Source: Candidatus Berkelbacteria bacterium
Lineage (GTDB): Bacteria > Patescibacteriota > UBA1384 > JACPKC01
Direction: 5' to 3'
DNA length: 64,000 nt
Assembly: GCA_016187225.1 (NCBI GenBank)
Contig: JACPKC010000002.1
Span: forward strand, 3,387 to 67,386
In this document: in pieces, positions 47,132-57,150 of the stretch
Layout of the letters: every line of letters begins with the position of its first letter
How positions within the stretch are numbered: the first letter of the stretch is position 1
Program-made: the position numbers and the translations under genes
Notes under the pieces: model-generated
What the model was told of the DNA's origin: nothing
The model's input: only the letters and a program-made list of their open reading frames with translations
Databases searched by the model: none

Positions 47132-49070
47132 TCAGCCACCCGACTTCCAATTCTTCCATAAAGGTAATGCCATCGGCAACCGGTCGGAAATTTTCTTCGT
47201 AGATTCCAAAGGGCGCATCGGAGGGGACAGAGTAGGTAAAACGAAAAGTTCCAACCTTGCCCGGCTCAACACGACGTTCTTGTAAGCGGATTCGATTTGA
47301 GCTCAACCAGCCGCTGGTTTCAATCGCTGATCTTGAGAATTTATTCAAAGCCGGTATGCGATCTTGAGGCAGATTCGTGGCCAAATGCACTAGATCATCA
47401 TCCCAATACGTGCTCCCAGTGTTTTTAAGAGTGACTTCAAAAGCAAGCGTCGTGCCAGGCGTTACATTGACTTCGCGAGCTGATTGTTGCACAAGCTCGG
47501 CATGATAAGCTGTGGCTTCGAGCAAGGGCGGTGTAAGATTAATACATTCGGCAAAAACCGAATTAGAAGTTGTAAGAACCGCTTGGTCATTTAAGCGATA
47601 AAGTTGGCTGACACCATCGATGTAGATCAACTCGACGCCAGCGAGAGTCTTGAGGACATTGCCAACGCAATCGAGGTCGCTTGTTGAGGCCTTCCAGTCG
47701 GGTTTGAGGAGAAGAGCATATTCAATGGGATAACCATAACCGGTGGTAAAGAATGACTCGCCAGTGAAGATTGCTCGTTGCGTCATTGGTCTTTGCAGAG
47801 CCGATAAAAAGTAGGTGGAAACGAGGGAAACATTGCTAATGATATGCTCATCTTGCTGAATAATTGCCTGCAAGTCAGAGACAGATTTCAAATGTTCCAA
47901 GGTCATATAGTTAGAGCCGGTGGCAATCCGAGCATTCATTTCTTGAGCGTATGGAATTGGGAAAATCAAAATTGCCGTCACAAGCGTTAAGGCCAACGGG
48001 CGCGCTTTTATTTTTAATAAAGCATTCAGCCCGATCGCGCCAGCGACCGCCAAAAAAGGGATCGATTCATAAAGAAAGCGACTCGGGTAAAAATAAAAAC
48101 CGACCCGCGGTAAAAATGATAGGGCGAAGCTCACTAGCACCCAGGTGACTGAAAAGATCAGTGCTTGACGTCGCATTTGATTGTTTTTTTTAATCACAAC
48201 GCCGAGGCCAAAGAGAGCAAGGAGTGAAAGGGGTAGACCAAGAGCGACGACGTAACCAGGCAGAGTGATGAATTCGCGAAACGGCCCAGGCTCCCAATAG
48301 GTTGGGACACTCACAATATACTCAATTGTCTGCCAAGGCGCTCGGATCAATTCCGGCCAACGCCAAAGCGCCACTCCGTTTGCCACAACGAACACAAAGA
48401 TCAGCCACCATTTTCTGCGGATCTTATGCAAGAGCGTTTTCCTCTCCGGCCAGGCGAACATGAAGAACGTGATGACGGCAACCGGTACAAAAAGCATAAA
48501 TGAGAGCGATTTATGAGTGAGATACAGTAAGATGCCAGTTAAAAGATAGATCAGCAAGACGGCACTTAAGCGTCTTTTGCGTGTCAGAAAAAGCGCTACA
48601 CAGCCAACAATTAGAAAAGCGAGAAAATTAGCCAGAGTTGCGCTGTTAATCAAAAAAAGCATGCCAAATGAAGTTGCAAGGAGAATTGGGATAGCGGCGA
48701 TCAAGCCATCAAGACGTTTTGCGAGTAACCCTAAAACAGTCGCAATCGCAACCAAAATTCCGAGTTCGAGCAATGAAAAGAGCGGGTAATCAAAGTCGAG
48801 TTGCCCACCAGTGAGATACCAGAGTCCACTTAAAAGCGCGACCGGCAAGGGGCTTTCATACGGCACGCGACCATAGGGCGCAATTCCTTCGTGAGTCGGC
48901 AAGAGCCGATGGGCGCGGACAGCTTCAACGGCATCGATGATGTAGGTATTGGCATCGGCGCCGGGCGGCGTTGGCTTACTGAAAGTGGGCGTTAGAATCA
49001 ACCCGGCCAGAATTAGACTCAAGCCAAATAACAACCACTCAACGCTTATTTTACGAAGCGCTCTTATCAT
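47094..49070 (-). CDS. polytopic GT-C-type membrane glycosyltransferase-like protein with C-terminal Ig-like domain homologous to the S8-protease repeats
   Basis: About 13 TM segments. C-terminus VTPGTTLAFEVTLKNTGSTYWDDDLVHLATNLPQDRIPALNKFSRSAIETSGWLSSNRIRLQERRVEPGKVGTFRFTYSVPSDAPFGIYEENFRPVADGITFME aligns with the repeat unit of 10844..14237. Confidence 0.5.
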   Translation of the reverse strand: MIRALRKISVEWLLFGLSLILAGLILTPTFSKPTPPGADANTYIIDAVEAVRAHRLLPTHEGIAPYGRVPYESPLPVALLSGLWYLTGGQLDFDYPLFSLLELGILVAIATVLGLLAKRLDGLIAAIPILLATSFGMLFLINSATLANFLAFLIVGCVALFLTRKRRLSAVLLIYLLTGILLYLTHKSLSFMLFVPVAVITFFMFAWPERKTLLHKIRRKWWLIFVFVVANGVALWRWPELIRAPWQTIEYIVSVPTYWEPGPFREFITLPGYVVALGLPLSLLALFGLGVVIKKNNQMRRQALIFSVTWVLVSFALSFLPRVGFYFYPSRFLYESIPFLAVAGAIGLNALLKIKARPLALTLVTAILIFPIPYAQEMNARIATGSNYMTLEHLKSVSDLQAIIQQDEHIISNVSLVSTYFLSALQRPMTQRAIFTGESFFTTGYGYPIEYALLLKPDWKASTSDLDCVGNVLKTLAGVELIYIDGVSQLYRLNDQAVLTTSNSVFAECINLTPPLLEATAYHAELVQQSAREVNVTPGTTLAFEVTLKNTGSTYWDDDLVHLATNLPQDRIPALNKFSRSAIETSGWLSSNRIRLQERRVEPGKVGTFRFTYSVPSDAPFGIYEENFRPVADGITFMEELEVGWLISVVPPDTLPMS

Positions 49071-49079
49071 TGAGCTAGA

Positions 49080-50261
49080 TTATAGCAAGTCGGCGACGCG
49101 GAGCAGTAGTTGGGCAATTGGTTGCCAGGCGTAGTGTTCGCGAACAAGTTTTTGCATCTTTCTCACCTCTTGAACGCGTTGTTTTTCGGATAATGTGAGG
49201 ATAGCTTGGGCAATGGACGCGCCAATTTGTTCGGGTTGATCCATATTGATCGGGTGACCACCTATATCGCGCAAAACATAACGCAAAGATTTTCGGTCAG
49301 CAAGAATCGGATAACAGCCACCTGCAATCGCCTGCAAAACTACGATTCCAAAACCCTCATTAAGAGAGGGAAAGACTAGAAAATGAGCGCTCTGACAGTA
49401 TTTGACAAGCATTTCATCGCTAACTTTGCCGGCAAAGGTGACGGCCTGGCCAAGTTTTTCTTTTGAAACCTGCACTTCCAAAGTTGATTGATAACCTTGA
49501 TCTTCACCCACGATTGTTAGTCGAGCTTTGGGACGTTTTTTGAGAATCTTTTTCAGGGCCTGAATTGCATACTGCGCGCCCTTATACTCAACTAATCGCC
49601 CAATAAACAAAAGTTCAAGCTGATCCGCGCGCCGGGCGGCCGAATTGCCTGCGAATTGAGCTGAATCGACGCCGACCGGAATGACGTGAATTTTTTCGCG
49701 TTTGGCGCCTAAAGCTAGATATTCCTCAACATTCGCATCAGTCAGAGCGATGAGCGCATCATAAGAATTCAGCATATGCCTACCCAGAGTGCGATCGTGC
49801 AAGTTTAAGGCTAGTCGGGCCGCTAATGATTGATGAGGCTGGGTTAAATCATAACCCGAGAGAACAAGTTTAGGGCGCCGAGCGCGCTGGGGCAAAAGCG
49901 GATAAAGCGGCTCAAAAAAAGTATAGCCGTGCGCATGAATGAGATCGAAATCTTCCTTATGCTTGCGCACCCAGGCATAGAGGGCTGGCGTCCACATGCC
50001 GGTATAAAATTGAAAGCGGGGCGGGAAACGTAAGACCCGAACCTTGGAGCGCTCCTCGTTCTCGAGTTGAGCTGGATACGTTGAGCGACGTATCCAGCCT
50101 CGGGCGGTCCAACCAAAAACATCAAATTGATTCAGCGAGGTCGTGGTGACAACGGTCACTTCATGACCAAGCTCGCCGAGCGTCCAGGCAATGTGAGCGG
50201 CGGTGCTTTGCGATCCGCCAATCGAGGGTGGGAAGCGGTGGACAAGTTCAAGGATTTTCAT
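49080..50261 (-). CDS. glycosyltransferase family 1 (GT4)
   Basis: MKILELVHRFPPSIGGSQSTAAHIAWTLGELGHEVTVVT ... EGFGIVVLQAIAGGCYPI. Confidence 0.8.
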   Translation of the reverse strand: MKILELVHRFPPSIGGSQSTAAHIAWTLGELGHEVTVVTTTSLNQFDVFGWTARGWIRRSTYPAQLENEERSKVRVLRFPPRFQFYTGMWTPALYAWVRKHKEDFDLIHAHGYTFFEPLYPLLPQRARRPKLVLSGYDLTQPHQSLAARLALNLHDRTLGRHMLNSYDALIALTDANVEEYLALGAKREKIHVIPVGVDSAQFAGNSAARRADQLELLFIGRLVEYKGAQYAIQALKKILKKRPKARLTIVGEDQGYQSTLEVQVSKEKLGQAVTFAGKVSDEMLVKYCQSAHFLVFPSLNEGFGIVVLQAIAGGCYPILADRKSLRYVLRDIGGHPINMDQPEQIGASIAQAILTLSEKQRVQEVRKMQKLVREHYAWQPIAQLLLRVADLL

Positions 50262-50302
50262 ATGAGGGAGTGTGAGTGCATTTTCGTTTATTCCTAAAAG
50301 AA

Positions 50303-51412
50303 TTATGCAATGAGTTCGCTATAGAGCATGAGATGACTGGCAACAGACGCATCCCAGGAAAAACTTCTTCTTTTAATCTTATCAAATTTATTTCGTTGCG
50401 CTAATTTGAGGGCGCGTGCGAGGGCTTGACTGTTGCCAGTTTCGAAAAAGATTACCTTGCCCGATACAACTTCTGGCAAGGAGCCAGCGCGACTCGCAAT
50501 GATTGGTCGGTCCATGGCGCAGGCTTCAGCCGCACTGAAGCCGAAGCCCTCGGCAAGCGAGGGCACAACTACACAGTCGGCGCTCGCTAGAATCCTAGGC
50601 AAGCGCGCTCGAGGCAGTGGTGGGCGTAAGGTAATTTTTGTTTGCAGTCCTAGGCGTTGAATCTGTTGCTCGATGGCGCGGTAACCAGCTTTGGGATCTT
50701 GACCCAAGATCAAGAGTAAGTGCGCCTTGACTGGTTGGGTCTGCATCGCGTCGATGAGCAAGCTAACACCTTTAGAGATGCCTGGTCGACCAAAGTACAG
50801 AAAAAGAAACTTTCGCGCATAACCTAGCCTATTTTTTTCATGTTCGTGATGATAGCGAGTTGGGGCAAAGAGTTTTTCATCGATGCCGTTGTGGATGATG
50901 CGAACTTTTTTTTTGGCGCCGCGCAGGGCGATCAGGTCTCTTGAGGTTGCCTGTGAGACGGCAATGAATTGGTCGAAAGGGAGACGCAGAATGAGTTGTT
51001 CAATGAGAAAATAGATCAGCGCGAGCGGGAAGGTAAGGTCGTAGTGGAACCAGCGTCGTCCCCAGACTTCATGCACCGTAACGACCACCGGTTTTCGAAG
51101 CAATTTTCCTGCTAAAAATGCGGGCAGGGCGGCATTGTAGGTAGTCGTATGAATAAGATCAGCGCTCCGCGCGTGCTTAAAAATAGTTGGTAGCGCGAGA
51201 CAAGTAAACCAGTAGCGGCGTGAAAATGGTGGTGTAGCGACGCGCCGAATTGTTATTCCGCGCCAGTTCTCGATGAGTGCGTTATTTGGCAGACGAGTGG
51301 CGATCGCCATAAGAGTATGATTTTTAACGAGTCGTGTCGCCAGCTCTTCGAAAAGCACAGTCACGCCGCCGACGAACGGGTAAAAATGTTCCAACACAAA
51401 GAGAATCTTCAT
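50303..51412 (-). CDS. glycosyltransferase family 1 (GT4)
   Basis: MKILFVLEHFYPFVGGVTVLFEELATRL ... EGFGFSAAEACAMDRPIIAS. Start taken at the second Met of ORF 50303..51457. Confidence 0.75.
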   Translation of the reverse strand: MKILFVLEHFYPFVGGVTVLFEELATRLVKNHTLMAIATRLPNNALIENWRGITIRRVATPPFSRRYWFTCLALPTIFKHARSADLIHTTTYNAALPAFLAGKLLRKPVVVTVHEVWGRRWFHYDLTFPLALIYFLIEQLILRLPFDQFIAVSQATSRDLIALRGAKKKVRIIHNGIDEKLFAPTRYHHEHEKNRLGYARKFLFLYFGRPGISKGVSLLIDAMQTQPVKAHLLLILGQDPKAGYRAIEQQIQRLGLQTKITLRPPLPRARLPRILASADCVVVPSLAEGFGFSAAEACAMDRPIIASRAGSLPEVVSGKVIFFETGNSQALARALKLAQRNKFDKIKRRSFSWDASVASHLMLYSELIA

Positions 51413-51523
51413 GGGTAAATAGTAAGTGGTGATTAGGGATGTGTGAAGAGCCAGCAATCTTGGAGACTATTGCCTATTGCCTACTTACTTAAGTACGCTT
51501 CACTCAAATGCAAAAGGAGAACT

Positions 51524-52594
51524 ATGTCAGAAGCAGAAAAACGTGGGCAAAAACGACGGGCGCTTATCACTGGTATTACTGGCCAAGACGGTTCTTATTT
51601 AGCTGAACACTTGCTTGAATTGGGTTATGAGGTTTATGGCTTGGTCAGGGCGCTCTCGACAACCAATCATACAAACATTGCTCATCTTAAAAACAAAGTG
51701 ACACTCCTCGGAGGCGATCTTCTCGATAAAACTTCTTTGATCGCGGCGATACGCTTGGCGAATCCTGATGAAGTCTATAATCTAGCCGCTCAATCGTTTG
51801 TTCATCTTTCTTGGGAGCAACCTGTGCTAACTGCTGAATTCACGGGTCTCGGCGTACTGCGTATGCTCGAAGCAATTCGAGAAGTGAGTCCAAAGATTAA
51901 GTTTTACCAAGCCTCGTCGAGCGAGATGTTCGGTAAGGTTGTTTCTGCCCCGCAAGTTGAGACTACTCGGTTTTGGCCGAGAAGCCCTTACGCCGTTGCT
52001 AAAGTATTTGGTCATTACATAACAGTTAATTATCGCGAATCATATAATTTGTTCGCATGTTGCGGCATCTTATTTAATCATGAATCACCACGTCGAGGTC
52101 TCCAATTTGTGACACGTAAGATTACCGATGCCGTGGCGCGTATTCATCACGGTCTTGCCCAAGAGGTTCGTCTCGGCAATCTGGATGCTAAGCGTGATTG
52201 GGGGTTTGCTGGCGACTATGTGCGCGCCATGCATGCGATGCTTCAGGCTGAAAAACCAGATGACTATGTAATTGCCACGAGTGAGACGCATTCTGTTGCG
52301 GAGTTTGTTGAACAAGCTTTTCGCGTTATCGGAATAAAAGATTGGAAAAAATATGTTGCTATCGACAAAAGATTTTTACGGCCGGCAGAGGTGCAACTTT
52401 TGCGCGGCGACGCTAGTAAGGCACGTAAAGTGCTTAAATGGGAACCGAAGGTCTCCTTTTCGGAACTGGTTGAGATGATGGTTCGATCAGATATCATGCG
52501 TGTTGAGCTTGAGCTCGCACATGCTCAAACCGCTCAAGCCCTGAACCAACTTGAATCTTTTCGCCAGCCTGAAGTTCAGCAGACGCTAGGCTAA
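51524..52594 (+). CDS. gmd: GDP-mannose 4,6-dehydratase
   Basis: [44 protein letters not shown] is the canonical Gmd N-terminus. AAAAGGAGA RBS. Confidence 0.9.
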   Translation: MSEAEKRGQKRRALITGITGQDGSYLAEHLLELGYEVYGLVRALSTTNHTNIAHLKNKVTLLGGDLLDKTSLIAAIRLANPDEVYNLAAQSFVHLSWEQPVLTAEFTGLGVLRMLEAIREVSPKIKFYQASSSEMFGKVVSAPQVETTRFWPRSPYAVAKVFGHYITVNYRESYNLFACCGILFNHESPRRGLQFVTRKITDAVARIHHGLAQEVRLGNLDAKRDWGFAGDYVRAMHAMLQAEKPDDYVIATSETHSVAEFVEQAFRVIGIKDWKKYVAIDKRFLRPAEVQLLRGDASKARKVLKWEPKVSFSELVEMMVRSDIMRVELELAHAQTAQALNQLESFRQPEVQQTLG

Positions 52595-52942
52595 CTACTC
52601 TTCGCGTTTCTGGCGTGTTGAGAATTCTTGAATTGCCAAATCGGAGATGAGGTGATCAACGCGACGCTCAATTCGATCAGCCTTGAGATAAAACCGATAT
52701 GAGAGGAAGAGTAGGAATACCAAACCGATCCCAAGGATAGTGCCTTGCCCCGTGCTCGGACCGAAAATTTTTTCGCGGACTATGTCAAGTGAAGCTGGAA
52801 AGATTGCCGCCCAGGCGACGCCGATCCAGGTGAAAAGCCAAAATAGAAAAACCACAAAGGGCTCGCGACCATGACGAAATTCATCATAGGATTTAGCAAT
52901 CACAAGCGCGGCTAAAAAACCGACAATGGCAGAGGCGATCAT
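52595..52942 (-). CDS. small membrane protein, DUF2304-like (GT2 partner)
   Basis: 115 aa with 3-4 TM segments, immediately downstream of a Dpm1-like GT2 as DUF2304 proteins usually are. Confidence 0.5.
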   Translation of the reverse strand: MIASAIVGFLAALVIAKSYDEFRHGREPFVVFLFWLFTWIGVAWAAIFPASLDIVREKIFGPSTGQGTILGIGLVFLLFLSYRFYLKADRIERRVDHLISDLAIQEFSTRQKREE

Positions 52943-52948
52943 GAGTTC

Positions 52949-53713
52949 TTATCCCGATAAGGTTTTTCCAAGTAAACGGAGCAAAATGTTGATTCCATTT
53001 AAGGTCGATTGGCCTTTCTTTTTGGAGTATTCAGTGTAGATTGCTCGGATTGGGACTTCACGGATGCGCAATTTTGCCCGCTTGGCCGCGATTAAAATCT
53101 CGGTACAAATTTCATACCCGCTGGTTGAAAGTTGTAAACGCTCGAGGGCACGAAGAGTGTATGCCCGGTAGCCTGATTGAGAGTCGGTTGCGGTAATTCC
53201 ACAGACCGCCCGCAATAGCCAACTGCCGGCATCGTTCAAGATTTGTTTTAAGCGCGGCATGTTTTCACGATCTTTTTTGCGAGTGCCGAGAACGATGTCG
53301 GCTTCATCTCTGATTAAAGGCGATAAAAGATTGTGGAGCTCGTTCGGGTCGTGCTGGCCGTCGGCATCGAGGGTCACTAAATAGGTCGCATGAAGTATTT
53401 GAGCAAGTTTAAAACCGGTTCGGGTCGCCAGACCTACCCCGCTATTCAAGCGATGTTTTGCAACCCAAGCGCCGTGCGCCGTGGCAATTAGACTCGTTTC
53501 ATCGCCAGAGCCATCATCGATAACCAGGGGCTGAATTGCGTCAATGTTGGATAGGGTCTTCGGTAAAGAATTAAGCACGTTGCCAAGCGCCGCCGCTTCA
53601 TTGTAAGCGGGTATTAAAATTACCAGTCGCGCCGTGTCTAAATCAGATGTTTGCTCTTGGACAAAATTGAGGCTGTGCCCAAGTGTAACTGTTGCGACTT
53701 CCTCCCCAGACAT
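52949..53713 (-). CDS. GT2 polyprenyl-phosphate glycosyltransferase (dolichol-phosphate mannose synthase-like)
   Basis: LVILIPAYNEAAALGNVL...VIDDGSGDETS...LDADGQHDP. Confidence 0.8.
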   Translation of the reverse strand: MSGEEVATVTLGHSLNFVQEQTSDLDTARLVILIPAYNEAAALGNVLNSLPKTLSNIDAIQPLVIDDGSGDETSLIATAHGAWVAKHRLNSGVGLATRTGFKLAQILHATYLVTLDADGQHDPNELHNLLSPLIRDEADIVLGTRKKDRENMPRLKQILNDAGSWLLRAVCGITATDSQSGYRAYTLRALERLQLSTSGYEICTEILIAAKRAKLRIREVPIRAIYTEYSKKKGQSTLNGINILLRLLGKTLSG

Positions 53714-53729
53714 TTACCCTCCTGCACAT

Positions 53730-54593
53730 CTATTGACTTAATTTAAGTTGCTGATATTCGGCGGCTAGAATGACATTTGAGAGCAAGGAAACAACTGTCA
53801 TCGGACCGACGCCGCCGGGAACAGGGGTTGCAAGTCGGGACTTTGCTTTTGCCGCTTCATCAATATCGCCAACAAGTGTAGCATCCTGCTTCGCAAGTCC
53901 GACGTCAATAAGCACTGTGTTCGGTTTGATCATGTCGGCGGTGATCAGGTTGGCCGTACCAGCCGCACTCACGATTACATCGGCGTCTTGAGTGAGTTTA
54001 GTGAGGTCGCGAGTTGTCCGATCGCCAGTTTGAACTTGAGCGCCGCGAGAAGCCAGCATCCAGGCAAGCGGTCGGCCGACTAAGCGTCCTTGGCCGATAA
54101 TGGTAAATTTTTTGCCACTGATCGGAACCTTATAATATGCAAGCAGACGCAAAATTCCAAGCGGAGTGGCTGGCGGGAAGAGTTCACGCCCAGTTTCTAA
54201 GGCCGCTTCGTTAGTCGCTGTTAGCCCGTCTACGTCCTTTTCCGGCTTAATTGTATTGAGAAGTTGATCGGTATCTAAGTCGGCTGACAATGGAAGTTGG
54301 AGAATAATACCATGCACTAACTGATCCTGATTTAGATCAACCAGCGTCTTGTGAATCTGATCGTATAATGTTTGTGGTCGAGTGGAAGTTTCGAATTCAT
54401 AGACACTTACCCGAACGCCGATTGCTCTCCCGAGTTCGCTCTTGGCGCGGACGTATTTTTCTGTCCGTTCATCGGGATTAACTTTGAGGATCGCCAGATG
54501 AGGTTTAACACCTCGCTTGGCAAGCGCTCGCACACGTTCAATCAACTCTTGCTTAAGTTCTGTCGCGACAGCGCGACCGTCCATAGTGGTCAT
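53730..54593 (-). CDS. folD: bifunctional methylenetetrahydrofolate dehydrogenase/methenyl-THF cyclohydrolase
   Basis: MTTMDGRAVATELKQEL...PHLAILKVN ... GRLVGRPLAWML...PVPGGVGPMTV. Confidence 0.9.
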   Translation of the reverse strand: MTTMDGRAVATELKQELIERVRALAKRGVKPHLAILKVNPDERTEKYVRAKSELGRAIGVRVSVYEFETSTRPQTLYDQIHKTLVDLNQDQLVHGIILQLPLSADLDTDQLLNTIKPEKDVDGLTATNEAALETGRELFPPATPLGILRLLAYYKVPISGKKFTIIGQGRLVGRPLAWMLASRGAQVQTGDRTTRDLTKLTQDADVIVSAAGTANLITADMIKPNTVLIDVGLAKQDATLVGDIDEAAKAKSRLATPVPGGVGPMTVVSLLSNVILAAEYQQLKLSQ

Positions 54594-54605
54594 TCTATTG
54601 CTCGT

Positions 54606-55823
54606 TTATTTCAGCTCGCCGGGAGCGGGGAAAGTTTTTGCGAGGGCACGAACTTGGTTTTGCACTTGGCGGATAACGATATTATTTTGAGAGTTAGAGA
54701 GCACTTTATCGATTAATTCTACGATCTCAAAAATTTGTTTTTCTTTGAAGCCGCGCGTCGTTAAAGCCGGAGTGCCAAGTCGAAGACCTGAAGGATGAGT
54801 AGCTGGCGCCGGATCATCCGGAATGATATTCATATTGGCGATCAGACCTGCCTTCTCGAGGCTAATTTGCGCTTCGCGGCCGCTTATTTTTTTATTTCTC
54901 AAGTCAACTAAAACGAGATGATTTTCAGTGCCGCCGAAACACAATTCATAATTTCGCTCAACTAATGCCTTTGCCAAAATTTGAGTGTTAGTCAAAATTT
55001 GTTTGGCATAAGTTTTAAAAGATGGCCGACTTGCTTCTTCCAAGGCGATCGCCAGCGCCGCAATTTGATTTTGATGCGGACCACCTTGGAGCCCGGGGAA
55101 AACCGCCTTGTCAATTTGTTTTGAGAATGTTTTTTTACACAGAATCAGACCGCCGCGCGGGCCGCGCAGAGTTTTATGAGTAGTTGTGGTAATTATGTCA
55201 AAAACCGACCCTGGGTTATTCAGCAAGCCAGTTACGATTAGACCTGAAATATGCGAGACATCCGCCAGCGTGAGGGCGCCAACTTGATCAGCGATAGACT
55301 TTACACGTTCGTAGTCAATATCGCGCGAATAAGATGAGTAGCCAACCAAAATTAATTTTGGTTTATGTTTGCGCGCAAGCTTTTCCATCTCGGCGTAGTT
55401 GATCTTTCCTTCGAGAGTCGTCTTATAGCGTACGAACGTGTAAAGTCTAGCCGGTAGAGTGACCGGGTGGCCGTGAGTTAAGTGGCCGCCATGCGAAAGA
55501 TCCATGCCAAGAACGGTATCGCCCGGAGCAAGTAGAGCCGAGTAAACCGCCAAGTTTGCTGGCGCGCCCGAGAGTGGCTGAACATTTACATGCTCAACGC
55601 CGTAAAGTTTCTTGGCAAGATCAATTGCTCTTTGTTCAATTTCGTCAACAATGCGATTGCCCGCATAGTAGCGTTTGCCCGGGTAGCCTTCAGAATATTT
55701 ATTGGCTAGTGGTGAGCCTAGAGCGCGCAAAACCGCTTCTGACATGTGATTTTCGCTGGCAATTAAACATAGATCTTCTTGTTGGCGCAAACTTTCTTTG
55801 CGGATTAGCTGTTCAACTTTCAT
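54606..55823 (-). CDS. glyA: serine hydroxymethyltransferase
   Basis: LIASENHMSEAVLRALGSPLANKYSEGYPGKRYYAGN ... THKTLRGPRGG. Start at the internal Met (MKVEQL) because the longer ORF would overlap ugd. Confidence 0.9.
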   Translation of the reverse strand: MKVEQLIRKESLRQQEDLCLIASENHMSEAVLRALGSPLANKYSEGYPGKRYYAGNRIVDEIEQRAIDLAKKLYGVEHVNVQPLSGAPANLAVYSALLAPGDTVLGMDLSHGGHLTHGHPVTLPARLYTFVRYKTTLEGKINYAEMEKLARKHKPKLILVGYSSYSRDIDYERVKSIADQVGALTLADVSHISGLIVTGLLNNPGSVFDIITTTTHKTLRGPRGGLILCKKTFSKQIDKAVFPGLQGGPHQNQIAALAIALEEASRPSFKTYAKQILTNTQILAKALVERNYELCFGGTENHLVLVDLRNKKISGREAQISLEKAGLIANMNIIPDDPAPATHPSGLRLGTPALTTRGFKEKQIFEIVELIDKVLSNSQNNIVIRQVQNQVRALAKTFPAPGELK

Positions 55824-57150
55824 TTTTCGCTCCTTCGGTATTCGCGAGTTCAATTTGCGGCCGGCCAATTGAATCATAAACAAAACCCTGTTCCGCCATC
55901 TCACTCGGGTCATACATATTACGGCCGTCGACTATATAAGGGCGCGCAAGAGTTGCGCGAAGTTTTGCAAGATCAAGCTGACGAAATTCGTCCCATTCGG
56001 TAAGGATCACCAGTAGGTCGGCTTTCTGCGCAGTTTCGAGTGCGGTTCTGCCAAAAGTTAAGTTCTTTAAGATTTGTTCGGCTTGATGTTTGGCAACTGG
56101 ATCATAGGCTCGAATCACAGCGCCCACGCGCTGAAGTTCTTCGATAATCGCCACTGCGGGCGCATCGCGCATGTCGTCGGTTTTGGGTTTAAATGCAAGC
56201 CCCCAAACTGCAATGACTGCGCCATTAAGTTTTTTAACGCGGGCGCGAATTTTACGCACGATAAGCTGACGCTGGGAACGATTAATATCCTCAACAGCTT
56301 CTAAAATACTCGCATGCACTCCAGCGTCGTGCGCCATAGCGATCAGCGCTTGCACATCTTTTGGAAAACATGAGCCGCCGTAGCCCACACCCGCATCTAA
56401 AAAGGCTCGCTTGCCAATCCGGGCATCAAGGCGCATGCCCTCGGCAACTTTGGTGACATCGGCGCCGACACTCTCGGCAAGTTGGGCAATTGAGTTGATA
56501 AAGCTAATTTGGGTTGCAAGCATTGAATTTGAGGCATATTTGATAAGTTCGGCCGTTTTCACGTCCGTCATAAGTATAGTCGACTTCAGAGGAACGTAGA
56601 GTTTCTTCATGATACGTCGGACTCGATCATTGTCGTTCTCAATGCCAACCACCACTCGATCCGGATGCATAAAATCAGCGATCGCCGAACCCTCACGCAG
56701 GAATTCTGGATTACTCACGACCGTGAAATGTATAGATGTTTGCTCACGAATTATCCGTCCAACAAGGTCACCTGTGCCGATTGGCACCGTGCTTTTATTT
56801 ACAATAATGACAGGGCGTATTAATGCTTGGCCAATTGCTCGCGCCGCGTCCTCAACAAAGCGAAGATCGGCTCGGCCGTGTTCATCGCTGGGCGTGCCAA
56901 CGGCAATAAAGATAATCTCGGCGTCATCAACTGCGGTTTTGATATTGCTTGTAAAATGAAGGCGTTTTTCGCGTAGATTGCGAGCTAAAATCTCTTCGAT
57001 GCCTGGCTCGTAAATCGGGCTTTTGCCTGTGTTTAAAGAATCGATTTTTTTTTGATCAATATCAACGCCGATGACCTCATTACCCAAATCGGCCAGGCAT
57101 ACGGCTTGGACTAAGCCAACGTAGCCAGTGCCAATAACCGCAAGCTTCAT
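55813..57150 (-). CDS. ugd: UDP-glucose 6-dehydrogenase
   Basis: MKLAVIGTGYVGLVQAVCLADLGNEVIGVDID...GGSCFPKD. Confidence 0.85.
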   Translation of the reverse strand: MKLAVIGTGYVGLVQAVCLADLGNEVIGVDIDQKKIDSLNTGKSPIYEPGIEEILARNLREKRLHFTSNIKTAVDDAEIIFIAVGTPSDEHGRADLRFVEDAARAIGQALIRPVIIVNKSTVPIGTGDLVGRIIREQTSIHFTVVSNPEFLREGSAIADFMHPDRVVVGIENDNDRVRRIMKKLYVPLKSTILMTDVKTAELIKYASNSMLATQISFINSIAQLAESVGADVTKVAEGMRLDARIGKRAFLDAGVGYGGSCFPKDVQALIAMAHDAGVHASILEAVEDINRSQRQLIVRKIRARVKKLNGAVIAVWGLAFKPKTDDMRDAPAVAIIEELQRVGAVIRAYDPVAKHQAEQILKNLTFGRTALETAQKADLLVILTEWDEFRQLDLAKLRATLARPYIVDGRNMYDPSEMAEQGFVYDSIGRPQIELANTEGAKNES

